From positions 2,976,001 through 3,040,000 of the forward strand of contig OZ365118.1 in the NCBI GenBank assembly GCA_977030845.1: 64,000 bases of DNA. The letters run 5' to 3'. Numbering within the stretch: the first letter of the stretch is position 1; each line of letters begins with the position of its first letter. A program made the translations under genes and the position numbers. A model generated the notes under the pieces. The model made no database searches. It saw only the letters and a list, made by a program, of their open reading frames with translations, and had not been told where the DNA came from. Below are positions 22,201 to 36,400 of this stretch, in pieces. Source of the stretch: Fimbriosthenelais zetlandica. Its lineage: Eukaryota.

Positions 22201-25200
22201 ACTGCCTGGGGAGAGAAGCAGGGACATCCTTCCTCCTTAAACAGACCATGTTCCCAGTCCACGACAAGAAAGTGGCCCTGTGTCCCCTTTCTTTAATGAG
22301 GTTTTATTTTTGCGGGCTATGTGAGAAGAGGATGTCCCGGTCAAACGAATTATTAGAATGGATATGTATCCCCCAGGCCTTGGTCACGTCCACTGTACTT
22401 GGTGGTCAGAACAAGCTGCTAATTTTGGAAACTGCTTCTGGGGACATTATGTTTCTGATGTTAAAAAGCAACCTGAATGTTGGCTAGTCTCGATGCAATC
22501 TTATAATTAAAGAAAGTATTAGAACTGATGACTGCAGAAAATGAATATATTCCAATTATTCTGAATTAGCAAATTTAGTTGGTATGATCAGATGCAAAGA
22601 GCTTAGATTACAATGAAAAATTTACTCTAAGATAAGAGTGAAATCAAACTATTTCGAAATATTTTGAGCTCGAGATTTCACTTTTAACTTGCCAAGTTTT
22701 ATAGCAGGTTTCGGTTATAAAGTGAAACTGATACAAGGATAGATACGCTGAGTTTAAGGCCGGTATATTAGTTTTGTGTTGTCATAAATCACTCCATTAC
22801 CCTCACTATAATGACCACCTTCTCCTGACCTCTCTCACCTCTACCTTTACCTTATATATCGCTCAGTCCGTCCTGTGAAACGATCCACAATATGCCTCTC
22901 CACAGTCTACCACCTCCCAACCAGGGGGCGCCCCCTTACCTGGTCACATGACACCCCACCCAACCCCCCTCAAGTGGTCCTAATAAAACTATAATAGATT
23001 GGTATAGAAAGAAAGGACATAGGTCGGACATCCGAAACTCCCGCTGCAATTATTTTATTCCGGATCAGTTGGTTGGGATGGTCCATAACTCAAGGAAATG
23101 GTCATCTATCACACAATATGACCCCATGCTTTCTCTATAGACCCAAGCTAATCTTCCCCCGGGATATGAATAAGATGGGTCCGCTAGGTATAGTTCATAA
23201 ACATCAGATAGCATCATAGAAGTGATGGCCGTGTGTGGAGCATGTCAAGCCTTTCCAATGTCCCACCTTATCTTTCACATCTTCTGGGTTTTAAATGGAC
23301 CTTCTGGGTTTTATAAGATGCTGAGGATAAGAGAAGGGAGTCCAGATCACAAGGTGCTTTGAAGGTTCGGGTTTCATACCTTAAAACCTCCCCCCTCTTC
23401 CCTCTCCCCATCAGATATTTTATCACCAATGTGTTTGAGCAATGTCCTCATGCTTGTCACTTCAGCTTACAAGGCTCAACTGGCAAATTTATCAGACCCC
23501 TTATTTCTACAGGAAGGGTTTGTTGGCTTGTTTATAAGAAATAAACCTAGTTAATTCCACCTGCTTTTCCCTGATTTTTATCGACCTTCCAGGAAGGTCG
23601 ATGTCCTACGGGTTGATGGCTTATCAGACCATATTTCTCGGGAGGAAATATTTGAGAAGTGATTCATGAATTTCTTAACTTCACTCAGCGTGTTCCATAT
23701 TCTCTCTGGCTGTTTTTACCAGCTTACCACCGTGTCTGACGCCTTTGTAGGCCATGCCCCTCAGGCTAGTAATTACATATGGAACCTCCATTCAGCGCTT
23801 AAACACTATTAAAACCCAAGACTTAATCAAAGGAACAAGGAAACCCCTAATTACATGAAGCCTTTTTCTGGGAGGAGGAATTCTCTTTAGGTGAATGATT
23901 TGGGTTGTGGTATTAACTACCGAATCCCATTCCTCCGAAAACCCTCTCCCTTCTTTCTTAATTCCCTGTGGAAATTGCATCTTTTTAAATTCAAATGAAT
24001 TAATAACACTTTGAATATCTTGGGTTTGTTCTTAGTTCCTTCTCTGGAGGCAGTATTTCTATGAATGACCAATACCTTAAACCTAGCCCTAGTGACCACC
24101 CCCCCCCGCCACCCCCCACCCCCAATACTCCACATTGGTGGAAGCAGCCGTCACTGCCGCTTTTCCCCGTAGAGGGCGCGCTGATAGATGATCAATATAA
24201 TTGATCAATTTGTGACATTTGGTGGTGCGGGAACATGACATGGGGGCAGGAAGGAGCCCGCCTGGAAACTACCTCCCAAGACGGCCCGGGTCAGTCCCCA
24301 CACCCGGCCTCAGTCTAGAAGCTGTTATTAGGCCTAATTAACACTGGCAAAAGGCCGTGTAGAACCGTGCTGGCCTCACGAGCACATGATGAGCTGCTCC
24401 TGCTTCATACACTGAGCTGCTCTGTATTACAGTGATCAGACTCGTGAGCAGAATAAGTGTTCCTCTTATACCTGTGTTTAAATTTCTCAAGTTTGCAATC
24501 AAATTTCTTTACAGCTGATAAATTTTCCCTTTGATACCAGTAAACTCTTGTTATTCAAGCTATTTCATCTAACTCTTTGAGTAGTATATCAGAGTTGGAA
24601 CCTATATCCCAATATTCCCCTTCGAAATGATTGTATTTATATATCAGTTTTCACATACATATCCCCTATATATGGTCTTTAAATGGCTTGTCCACCCACA
24701 TCCATATTACAGCATTGCTTGCCTTTAGCTGTGGACCTCCGGGCAGGCATTGACCGCCGTCCGGTAGCGGGCATTATCAGCCTATATCAGGTATCTCCGG
24801 CTGGACTGTGAATGACCATTAATCGCTAGCCTGAACTGATCCCACCACCAAGCCCTAATGCTCCCCTCAATCCCCCATCCCCAGGGATTAAGCCTTTGAT
24901 GGCCCTTGCAACGGCCAGGGGGATCAAAGGCCCAGTCTACCTGTATGTGCCCCTTAATCCCCACCTAGATCACCCTGAATACAGGATGTACTGGTCAGCG
25001 CCAGTGGTCAGCAGCTGGTCACTTTAAGATGGTCAAGCTCACCCTTCACTGGTCAGTGGAGATTAGCCCTGCCTTTGTTCAATAGTTTATGGTCATCAGT
25101 GTGTAGGATCCTGATATGATCCGTTAGTTTATGAGGAAGTTAGTTACTGACCCCCTCCTCCTCCTCTTACACAAACTCATTCATGCACTTATAATTACCC

Positions 25201-28200
25201 TAACTTTTTGGGAGCTAATCATCTTCTGACTTAGTACAGATATTACCTTAGCTTATGGTCTTTCTAGCCATATGGCATATAGAATTTAGCTCTTCTATTT
25301 GTAGAAAGAACATATTCTCTCAAGCCCATTAGTCACAAGACATGCCAATTGCCATGGTGGAATATTATTTATTAGCACATGTGGTGTTCCATATTAAACC
25401 TTGGGTAAAATTTGTTTTTCTCTAAAAACTTTCCTTTTTAAAAAACTAACAGGGAAACCAATATGGCAGCATCTGCTCACATTCGTCCCCAGGGCCTGGT
25501 GTTCAGAACCAAACAAAATTGGCCTGTCTAATGTTTCACTTTTTCCAAAAGACCTCAATAGCTCCCACAAATGGAATTTAAATCTGAATTATTTTGATAT
25601 TGGTCTGTTGAAATCCTGTCGAAATCCAATTGAAAAGTCAATTGAAATCGGGTGTTGTGGGTGCAGATGTGCAAATTGAATATTATATGGAAGCTTGTTT
25701 GAATTGTAATGTATTTTAAATAGTACACAGACCTAATTTCCCTTCACATTGCGCCCCTTGCCTATGTCATCTGATAGGACCCGCGGGTTGGGTGGGGGGG
25801 GGGGGTGGAATGAACCAGATATATGCTACATCGTGCACTGACAAGGTTGTAGTGGAGTAAAAGTGTGCTTCTCAGACACAGAATACTGGGGGAGGCTGGC
25901 CATATTGTCACCCCGCCTACCTCTATAATGAAGTAGCATGGGGTAAGAGCACGTTGGCCATGTAGCGGGGGAATGAGTGAGGAAATAGACTGAGACCCAT
26001 TCTCCACCCTCCATGTGTGGCTGCATATTGTTGAGGTGCTGCTCTAGCCACCACCACCCTGCTGGAGTTGACAAATCCATCTCCTCCAGGCTGAGCCCGG
26101 AAAATTAGCCCGACCACTCGGGCAGGAGGGGGAGGTGGGGGGGGGGGGTATGACTGGCCATAATAACCCGGCCTGACATGGGGGTGGTAGGAAGCGTGTA
26201 GGGGAATACCATAACCCTACACTACTGTACTCTCTTCACTGAAAGTGACAGAGAAAATGTATTTCCTGAAGGCAAAATGAACGCTTTCCCGGTGCCATAT
26301 CAATTTGCATAAAGCAGATTTGCAAATCATTGCCTGGGACAGAAAGGGAAACATCATGAAACCTGGGTTTTATTTGCTTAATTATGGAACTTTAGACCCA
26401 CATAATTCACTTTAATATCTTAGAATACTTTGCAACAAATATGAATTGTTTCTAGAGATTGTTATCGTAAATATCAGAATTCTTACAAAGAAAATGCACC
26501 ATCTTTCTATTGGAGGGTGTAGTTCTCGCCTCTCACACTAGAGGGAAGCTCTGGCGACAGAAGCTCACTAGTTCACTGAAAATCCACTAGAGGGACCTAG
26601 TGTGGCGCTGATGTCGCGCATTGGCATACAAGCCTATCTCCACCAGTTTAGCCCTGTCAAGCCCCTCTCCACCACCTCGGTACAGCATCAACATATCTCC
26701 ACCTATTCTGGGGTTCCTGCCTCTTCACTTAACTGGATCGAACCCAGAAGTTCATATTTCCAAACAATTCCCCCGATATTGTATTTGTGTTGAGATTGGT
26801 GACAGTCAAATCTCCCAACAAAAATATCTAATCATTATGGATTTTACCTTGGTGTAGTAGGTCCCATGGTGGATAATATTACCAATATTCACCCCAGTTA
26901 GTGGGGTACGTTTTTTAGACAATATGCGCCCCATATTGCTGCGGTAGTTTAAGTTGTAATAAATGTGGAGGGTGGAGTAGGCGTTATGTATTAGGGGATA
27001 ATACAGTTAGAGCCGTCTGTGATCGGGTGTTAGGTGGGGATGGTCGGGGAGAGGGGAAGGCCACTGGGAAAGTGCGATAAACCCCACCGATCCTATTACC
27101 TCGGGATGACAGTTCAGTTCTGCTGTTTTTTTAAACATGGGTGGAATTCAACACCAAGTCACCCTGGATAGCCTTCTGTGCGGCTCCCCCCCCCCCCAAC
27201 CCCCCCCCCCAACCCTGGGCCAGTGCCTTCCAACACTCACACCCACACTCTCACACACACTCCAGTTCTCAGCGTAACTAGAACCATTAAAGTTGCTGAC
27301 TCATACATTTTAATTGGACCTATTACCGACTACTTTCCCCCCAACCGCTGTAAAAGCTGACAAAGGATTTGATAAATATGGCAAATTTCTGGTTCCGATT
27401 TTTTCCATCCGGATCTGCTTGAGTGATGGCGGCCGGATTTTTGAATTATTGTAATCCTGTCATTTTTCATTTTCACTCGGCGATGAAATGTCAAATGGAC
27501 TATGCCTCATTTAAATCGCCCGAATTGAGTCTTCAAATGTGATCCATGAAAAAAAAACACAACACGATGGCGTATAATTCGGGATTATTAATCAGAGATT
27601 TTCCTGAAAACGTGACATTTCTTCCCCTTGCAATAATCATTCAGTTATGGCTATGGTACGGATTGCGCAGAATTAATTAATTTAATACTAACGTATCTGA
27701 ATACAATCTGATAAGAGCAGAAAGTAGGTTATGATGAATTTAATTGAACAAAGAAAGAGACAGAGAAGAAATATACATATAGGAAATGTGAGGCATAATT
27801 AATAGACAGGATGGAGGGCAATTATTGTAGGTTACATTCTGACACAATGAACCAGTGGGGTCCGGGGCAGGGGAAGAACAATGCATATGCCTGGATTCTG
27901 CTACTAATTAGTCATATCCCTGCCTGACATGGGGCTAGTAATCAATATGAAAATATCCTCCTATCATATCCACAGAAACACGGGTTAGTGATAGGGATAA
28001 AGCCCAGTGGGAGCATCCAACTCGTATTGTTAATGAAAGCTACTTCTCATGTACCAAATGATAAGAGAATTTAATGTCAATACAATTTTATTTAAAAAAA
28101 TCCCTATTCATTACCATGTCGTGGGCTTGACGATTTTTGTCATTTGTGCTTGATGAATTTTGCCATTTTTCTGTAGCATTTCAAGTGTGCCAGAAGAATG

Positions 28201-28240
28201 GAGAATGGCGGTGCTTGCCTACAGTGTATGTATGTGTGTA

Positions 28241-28312
28241 TGTGTCAATATGTCTAACATATGTATGATATATACATGTGTCAATATGTCTAACATATGT
28301 ATGATATATACA
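28241..28312. repeat. 36-bp tandem duplication in a TA/TG-rich patch
   Basis: TGTGTCAATATGTCTAACATATGTATGATATATACA x2. Confidence 0.9.
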
Positions 28313-30108
28313 TATATACATACATGCTTTTCTTCACCTGCTTCTGTCGTATAGATGCTCCTATATTAACACTAGTGCTCAGCATTGTTCTATTCTATAA
28401 TTAGAAAAGAAAAAAAAAGTAATCTTGAATTCAAATTTACAATTTTCAATAATTTTCTCAAATGCTATCAAAGATCATACTATGTAAGATTGTGGAAATT
28501 CTAAATTTGAGTTTGTTTGCGATGTTAAAAGATTAAAGATCCAAATTTTATCTTTTCTCCCCAATACATAGACAGAGGTCTGGTGAAGGTAGGTGTAGTT
28601 CAGTTAATAGCCGCTGTCTGCTCTCACTCCTAGCTTCAGTCAAGTGTTTGTCGTCTCTTTTTTCCCATCTACAAACCTGATGCTCTGTTATCCACCCACC
28701 CACCACCCCAACCCGCCACCAAAGAGGAATTTAATCCCAAATTTTTCACCCTCTTCACTGCTCATGGCTGTTTTATGTGCCAGTGTTATTTCATACCCTA
28801 GATTCCCACAGATTTAAGAGTTAATTTATATTTAAATTTAATTCTTATCTCAATGCGATTCAGTCCATAGCATACAAAACACTACCATATACATGTATAG
28901 TTCATTTTCCAGCTACCTTTCCCCCCCACCTTTCTTCATTAGACTTTAATGCCTGAGTAGCATTTTGCATCTTAACCAGTTTGTTGTATGATAGCTCTCC
29001 TTGTATTTTTCTTCTGTGTTGTTGGGATCAAATAATACCATCACATCAATCGCATGTCAAATGACGATTTATATCAGATATACAATGTCAGCCACATTTC
29101 TTACTTTAATGAGTTTTATCATGAACAAACACCATCCAGTGCAAATACATTTTTTTCTGTTGCACACGACTGGGGAAGTAAGGAAGCCATTTGAACATGT
29201 GCCTACCCCAAAAAATGAAGGTATACACAATACATCACTTCATTTGCTTCTACCTATCGCACTCGTACCTGCCTAGGGCAAACACCTAGCCTATCATATG
29301 CCTTTTTTGCAATTGTGTAACGCTAGTTGATCTTGATCCATTGGGATTATGAATTAGAAATGTGATACAATTTGAAATATTTGAGAAGATGGTACAATCC
29401 ATGCGTGACCATGGAATGATTCAGCATTTTTTGTCTGTAATCAAGTCTTACATCAGCAGTGTGCTGATTGCGACCATCAACTGGTATCTGCCGGGAGGCA
29501 ATGCGTCAGCCATGATAACGCCCGCGGGCATCTGTCATACGAGGTAAGGTCGTATTGCCTCTCCCAGGGGAGAGATAAAAAGTCTCTTTGATATATGGCT
29601 TCACTCAGACATGAGACTTATCTCTGATCGGGGAAGGATAGGAAATATCATCAACATTATTCTGACACCCAAATGGAAATAAAAATAGTGCATTTTTTCT
29701 TTAGTCAAATGACAAGAAATACACAAGTATCCTGGAGGCATTTGAGTCTGTTCCAGGCATTATATATATTCCCACTATCCTCCATAGAGATCCAAATACA
29801 AGCCTAATCCCTCGGATTAACCCATATATATACCCAAATCCATCCTGACACACATGTCCCTACCCCCAAAGACAATACAAGATAGTGGAGGTCCAGTCCA
29901 TTTGGCTCGTACATATTGTTTTACTTGACGATCCCGTCCCCTAACCCGAGCTTGTCATCCGATCCGGGCAGGGATAGTAGGCAAGTAGAGTAAACCAATT
30001 ATCCCCGGAGTACCCTCCATGGTGAGGTGGTGATCAAGTCCTGGAAAACGGAGAAAAATAGGATAGAAGACACAACACGATTTGTGTTTCAGTGGGGGAA
30101 AGCCTCGA

Positions 30109-30363
30109 GCATGGGAAGGAGTGCTGATAGAAGGTTAGGGCTGAAGGCATGGGAATGATTGTTATAGAAGGTCCAAGGCTGAAGGCATGGGAAGGAGAGA
30201 TGGTAGAAGGTCTAAGGCTGAAGGCATGGGAAGGATTGTGATAGAAGGTCTAAGGCTGAAGGCATGGGAAGGAGTGGAGATAGAAGGTCCAAGGCTAAAG
30301 GCATGGGAAGGAGAGATGATAGAAGGTTAGGGCTGAAGGCATGGGAAGGAGAGATGGTAGAAT
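30109..30363. repeat. Purine-rich minisatellite, 38-39 bp unit, ~7 diverged copies
   Basis: GAAGGCATGGGAAGGAGAGATGGTAGAAGGTCTAAGGCT and variants. Confidence 0.92.
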
Positions 30364-31820
30364 GTTCCAGACTTTTAGCATCTGCTCGCCATGTTACAGA
30401 CACGAGTCACTCAAATAAAGGCTTGCCCTAACTAGGTCACTCCCAGGCTGATTACATTACAGCAAATACAAAACCAATCCATTTATTATATGCATCATGC
30501 CCTCCCCCCAAATATAAAACCACATTTTCATTTTCCACTCCCGGCCACTCGGGAAATCATATAAATATTGTGTTCCCCCAGGATCTCTTCATTGTCTGTT
30601 ATTGAATTATGAGTTTGACTATCATTTACTGGTGTTTTGTGTGTCGTACGATATTTTATTTCCATTATATACTTTGTAGGGAGGCCCATCTCCCCAGTAG
30701 GGGAACTTGTTATCGCTTTCACATTATAAGGTAGGCCAATGATTGTCTACTGGCTTGATATACTATAATAATGCTCGGTTTCTTGACGGTTGGTTGCCTT
30801 GCCCTATGCTTCTCTCACGCCACTCATGCCTTTCAGACCTGGTTATTGTGCACTTTGAAGCATCAGTTTATTTTGAGCTTACTACATACAGCTTTCAGTT
30901 TGTTTTACAACTGTTAAAAGTCTTTATTCTTATTTTGCTGTTTGCATCTCAAAGCTTTTGGGTGTTTTGTAGTAACAGCTATTTTCCTGCTGTATTTTGC
31001 AATTATAATGATTTAGAGAAAAATAATTTCTAACTGACAAATATTAGTATAAATCAATGAAGTTGTATTGATATTAAGCCATGTACGTTCAGGATTATGT
31101 AAGAGACCCTGACATTATTAACTTAGTCCAAACTTTCATGATTGTTTCTTGAAAAGTCTTGTTGGAAAGAATTTTAAGCTGTCAGATTGATTTGAAAATT
31201 GCGGATAAAAAGGCAGATATTTCACACATTCCACGTGTAATGAACATGATCGATGTGAACTGAGCGGAGAGCTGGGAGAAGCTGGTTTTTCCACGACTGA
31301 TAGTAAAACTGAAGCCATTCTAAGTTGACTTTCGCACGCACACAATGGTGGCATGCAAGGTAACACTGTACCAGGCCTATACCACTCACATATCTTCACC
31401 TCATGAATTATTCATGAGCCTTGCCTGTTTTAAACATGATTGGCCATCGTTCCAGGAAGTGTTCATTCACTGAATGATCTGTGGCCAATATATAACGGTT
31501 TCTTTTGAATATTGACTCATTAATCGATAGTTTTCACTTTTCCCGCTAGGGGTCGTGTTGATTGAGTTTACACGCATGTCTATTGATATAGAGGGATAGA
31601 TTGAATCTATTGTTGACTTGTTTTTTAACTGTTAGAGAGAAAGAGTTTGGTAGATCACTAGGCAACCTATCCCAAGAGACTTTCTAATTGTGTGATTTGA
31701 ATATATTACCTGTAGTCTTATCTATACTGATAGCAGCGTATAGTGTCTTTAACATGGGAATCCTGGGACCCACCCCCACCCCCCACTTCCGCTCCCATCA
31801 TGCCTTATCCAGGTCAGTAG

Positions 31821-31830
31821 ATGACGTCAT
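31821..31830. promoter_or_regulatory. Palindromic CRE/ATF site
   Basis: ATGACGTCAT. Motif match only. Confidence 0.3.
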
Positions 31831-33018
31831 TAAGAGACGCTGAGAGGGTTTTGACGGTGGGAGTAGGGTAGCATAATGAGGGCCTAAGCCCGAGTAGCGT
31901 GCCCGAATTACTTGATAATCTGTGGCAAATTGACAGTGTTCTATGTTACTTACCGACCTAAAGGACTGACATCCTTAATAGTCACTCAATCATCGAGTAG
32001 GGCGCCTCTCTCCCCTACCCTGCGTACCGCCCAGATCTAGCCGGATTCCTCTAGATAATTGCAGCAGAATAATCACATTTTTGGGGCCTGTTTTGTCCTT
32101 TTTGGGCGAAAATCTGTTTTTCAGATGTGTTGGAATTGATCCAGCTTATACACTTCAATATCCATTATTAGGACACCCTGGAAATAATACTCATTTCCAT
32201 ATACTACTCTCAGCGTCTAAGCCTGAACCTATTGCCACTTTTTATATACTACATTAGCTCCATTCTATACATTTCAAGTCAGCTTCCAGACTACTTGCCA
32301 GTTGCCTTACTAAACCCTTGGCCATATGGCAGCTCAGATAACTCGAGAAAACAAGTTATATATGGCCTGTAAAATTGATTTAAAGTTGTGGCAAAGATCT
32401 GCAATAAGAGCGTGTGGCCATTTATGATCATGAATCATGTTGGCTGCTAACATGTGTCCAACACCTAATCACAACCAGTCCCAGTGGGAAAATCTCCCGT
32501 CGATAGTATTGAAAACACCACCAGAGTGTGCCCCTTAATATGAATATATGGAAGTATATGTTTTCTATCGCTGGTTGTGGAGGGCCAGACGCCAGCCCGG
32601 GCGATCTATCGAACACATAAATAAATGACCACTCAGTGGCTGCGTCCCCGGAGGTATTGACCATTTATCCACCCTCCACATTGGTTTAAAACCACATGTA
32701 AATCCCACTCCATCCCCAGTCATACATACATCAGTAGGTCGCAGTGATTTCTTTGATATCTAAACCATGTTTATAGGTCCCGGCTTTGATTATAACTGAG
32801 TTTTATGATCGCTAATTGAACGGTGGGAGATGGGGGAGAGGGGGATCTGAGGTTTAGAGAATATAGCTGATTGATGTATGGGTATGAGTGGTCAGGGTGG
32901 TTACAGCGATTAGCCCCAGGCTGCACTATACAGGAGGGGTTAGGTCTGAGTGACAAGTAGGATCACACTATCATAGCTAGCCTATACAGACTTTACAATA
33001 TGATGGATGCTTACCCAA

Positions 33019-33425
33019 TCTACCTCCCCACCCCTCCCCCTCTACCTCCCCACCCCTCCCCCTCTACCTCCCCACCCCTCCCCTTCTACCCCTCCCCCTC
33101 TACCTCCCCATCCCTCCCCCTCTACCTCCCCACCCCTCCCCCTCTACCTCCCCACCCCTCCCCTTCTACCTCCCCACCCCTCCCCCTCTACCTCCCCACC
33201 CCTCCCCTTCTACCCCTCCCCCTCTACCTCCCCATCCCTCCCCCTCTACCTCCCCACCCCTCCCCCTCTACCTCCCCACCCCTCCCCTTCTACCCCTCCC
33301 CCTCTACCTCCCCATCCCTCTACCTCCCCATCCCTCCCCCTCTACCTCCCCACCCCTCCCCCTCTACCTCCCCACCCCTCCCCTTCTACCTCCCCACCCC
33401 TCCCCCACTACCCCCCCCCCCCACC
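33019..33425. repeat. C-rich minisatellite, ~22-bp unit, ~18 copies
   Basis: TCTACCTCCCCACCCCTCCCCC and variants; no G on the + strand across the array. Confidence 0.93.
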
Positions 33426-36400
33426 ATGTGCTGGGCCTCTTTACACTACCTTACATTGCCCAATATAAAGAGGCCCAGTCTGGAGCACGTGTGTCCGATC
33501 TACAGATCAATCTCCACCCCAAGCCTTGTAAGAATCTGCATAGATTATCATTGGTGAGGGAATAAAACAGATGGGCCTTACACCCCTGGTCCAGCCGCCT
33601 CAATCCATCATCAAGAAGGATCTGTTTTTGATTAAAATAACCTTGTAATAATTGATCCCTCAGTTGCTCTTTTTTTGGCAAAGTGAGCTGCTCTTTCTTT
33701 TACACCAAATATCCGCCTTATTATCTGCTCGTCAAACTTTATTCCCAGGGGTGCTCAGAGTGTTAAAACCCCCATAACTTATTTGAGTTGATTTACTCAA
33801 CTCCTAACACTCTTGATCCCAAAGTCTTTAGAAAGAACTACCAATAATTTCTCAGGATTTATATCCTGTGTTCAAACTCTTATATCCAATGTCGGAAAAC
33901 TGATTATTGAAATATACCCCAGTATCCCATGTATTATCCTAAACAGAATCACCAAATCATATGTTCTCCTGAGAGGCTTCCCCTCCAACCTGACTAATCG
34001 GATACCAGCTTCTCTGGGATCGTACAACATATAGCCAGCGTGTCTGGCCGCGGATTGGGAATGTTTAGCTTTACGGCACCCTGGGGGCCTGTCCCCGTTG
34101 GAGGGATGGGGGATACTCCCTACCCCCCGGGGGGCTACTCCCTGACCCCCGGGGCCCTCCCTCTGTGCATTCTGGGAGTTGGGGTGTTGTGGCTATGGGA
34201 GTAAAGGAAACATATGTGCTATATATAAGGGCCACTTCGCTATATGGTTCTTTAGATGCACTGATTCTATATTGCTTCAAAAATGAAGATATATGGGACA
34301 GAAGATAGATGCGAGATCCTATATAATATATTAAGGTACTATTCCTACAAATCATTCCAGATTGTATGTCTTCCTATCCTTTCTCTAGAAGTTAAATATT
34401 TTGAAATTTGAGAAAGTCTGTGGCCAACAAAAACCAATACCTATCATGTTTTACTATCTTTCAATATTGATAATAATTGAGATACCCTCCACACAACACC
34501 CCACAGATGTGGTAAACACGCGGTAAAATCCATCAGCTCGCCTGACCCTACTCCAGCTTGTTAGCTGCAAGCGTTTAAAGTCTCCCCAAGATTTTTTTTT
34601 TATCAAAGAATCGATGGGAGTGCAGATTTTATTCTCAGAATTTGAAGTCGTATAATGGGGATATTAATATGCTACGTTAGACTGGTCTGGGTGGATCTCC
34701 TGTGTTTAAGGCTATTTTTCTAGCCCTTCACCATTAGAGCATTAAGCCTCTTAATTTTAATATTCAGTCTGTAAAGAAAAGCCCTGTCATTTATCATACT
34801 AGACTCGGGAGTCGCAGCTTAAAACCAAAGCAACCCCGACTAAAGACTATCAACTTGTAACCAGCTTAGTGCTGTTTGCGGCTAGAAATCACTAGCCCAG
34901 TACAGAAATCTATTTTCCCCTTGATAGAAAAAAGCTGAGACAAGCTGTATGGTAGAGAATAATAGTCTAGGTGATGAGAGGGCGGCAGCAATTATTGTAA
35001 GACTCTGACTCGCACCTGGTGATCAGGAGGGAAAATTAAACTTTCTCTTTACCCGACCCCCCGTCGACACCCCAAATATCTCCCAATGGCAACCAATTTA
35101 AGAGGCCTTGTTACAGTTCAATGCAGCATTGCTTTTAATCAATTATTCAAACTCCTCCAAATGAATTCTCTCCATGCTATTCACATCGACATGTTGTATT
35201 GAATGGGAGCAATGGAGAGCTCGGTGTCTGTTTTAGATATATTCCCGGCTAAACACAGACCTGCTATATATCCAGGCTCCAGGCCTGGTGGAGCAGTGTT
35301 ATAATGTAATTACATTGACCCGATGCCAGCCAAGATTCCCTGGTATTTGTAAAGAAGAGCTGGGAATATATCACCCAACCACTTAAACATACACATCCAT
35401 CATGTCTCCCTGTCTCCCTCCACACCCTCCACCCTACTAATATAACTCCTCACTCCAGTTCATCAATTAAAATCGCTTGTAACTGGTGGAGATGAAAAGA
35501 CTGGGAGTGGGAGAGCTTAAAAAAGTCCCTCCATGGCTTGTATACGTTGCCATCCTGTAACTGGGCTGAGTTAAGTCTGATGTTTATGCATGAAGGTGTT
35601 GCACTTAGCCTGGCACTTCTATGAATAATTGTCGTTGACCTGACGAGGCAGGGGCCTGTAGCACCGCATCTAGGATGTAATTAGAATGATTGATCAGGCG
35701 AGTCGCACCACAGGAAGATGCATTAATTGATGGAAAATAGCTAATACCCGAGCTGACGATCATCCCACACAGGTAGAAACGATGTGAACAATCATAGACG
35801 AAATAAACCAACTGAGCTACAACTGGTCTCTGAGGATTCATAGAAGCTATATATACACTGAGGTTTTTGTCAGCGTTTCTTCACTGTAATAGACTTGGCT
35901 TCTAGGATGGAATGAAGCTAGTGCGTTCATCATACAAGGCCTTCGCTCCCATAGATGGACACACTGAGTAGAGGCATAGAGAAGTGCTCCCCAAACATTC
36001 TGAATCTAGATCCTGATTTGTTTTCTTCACAATCAATGATTCAATCCTCTTGTGCTTTCCCTTCCATTGAATTATCAACTGGCTCCCCATACATTCCCCT
36101 GCATAAAAGGAATAGATAATTTGCCATGTTTTTTCTTTATAACTTGGTCGGAGGAAATTCATGTCTGGCTATGTAATTGATTCTATGTGTTGTCTGAGAG
36201 GAAATTATCACGGGACAGGCTGGAGAATTGGTTCATCACAATACACAGAAGGTCGTTATGGCAGGCTTTCATTGGTGACAAGGGGTGAACTTTATATGTT
36301 ACCCACTGTCTGCTAAACACGACAAGTAGTATGAATTATGTGGCAATAGGTCTTGGCTTCTATACATAAAAAGCTATTTGACACTCAGAATAGTGTCTAG

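Noticed and set aside
21545-29388. Recurring (GAA)ATATTTGAGAAG word
   Set aside because: AT-rich 12-15-mer matches are expected by chance in 64 kb, and the flanks do not align.
29425-29543. ORF segment ending at a strong donor GAG|GTAAGG
   Set aside because: No good polypyrimidine acceptor, and the 119-nt length would frameshift into the distal exon.
33000-33557. Pro-rich 185-aa and 153-aa ORFs resembling extensin
   Set aside because: They are translations of the 22-bp C-rich minisatellite, which cannot contain TAG or TGA because it has no G. No splice or start context.
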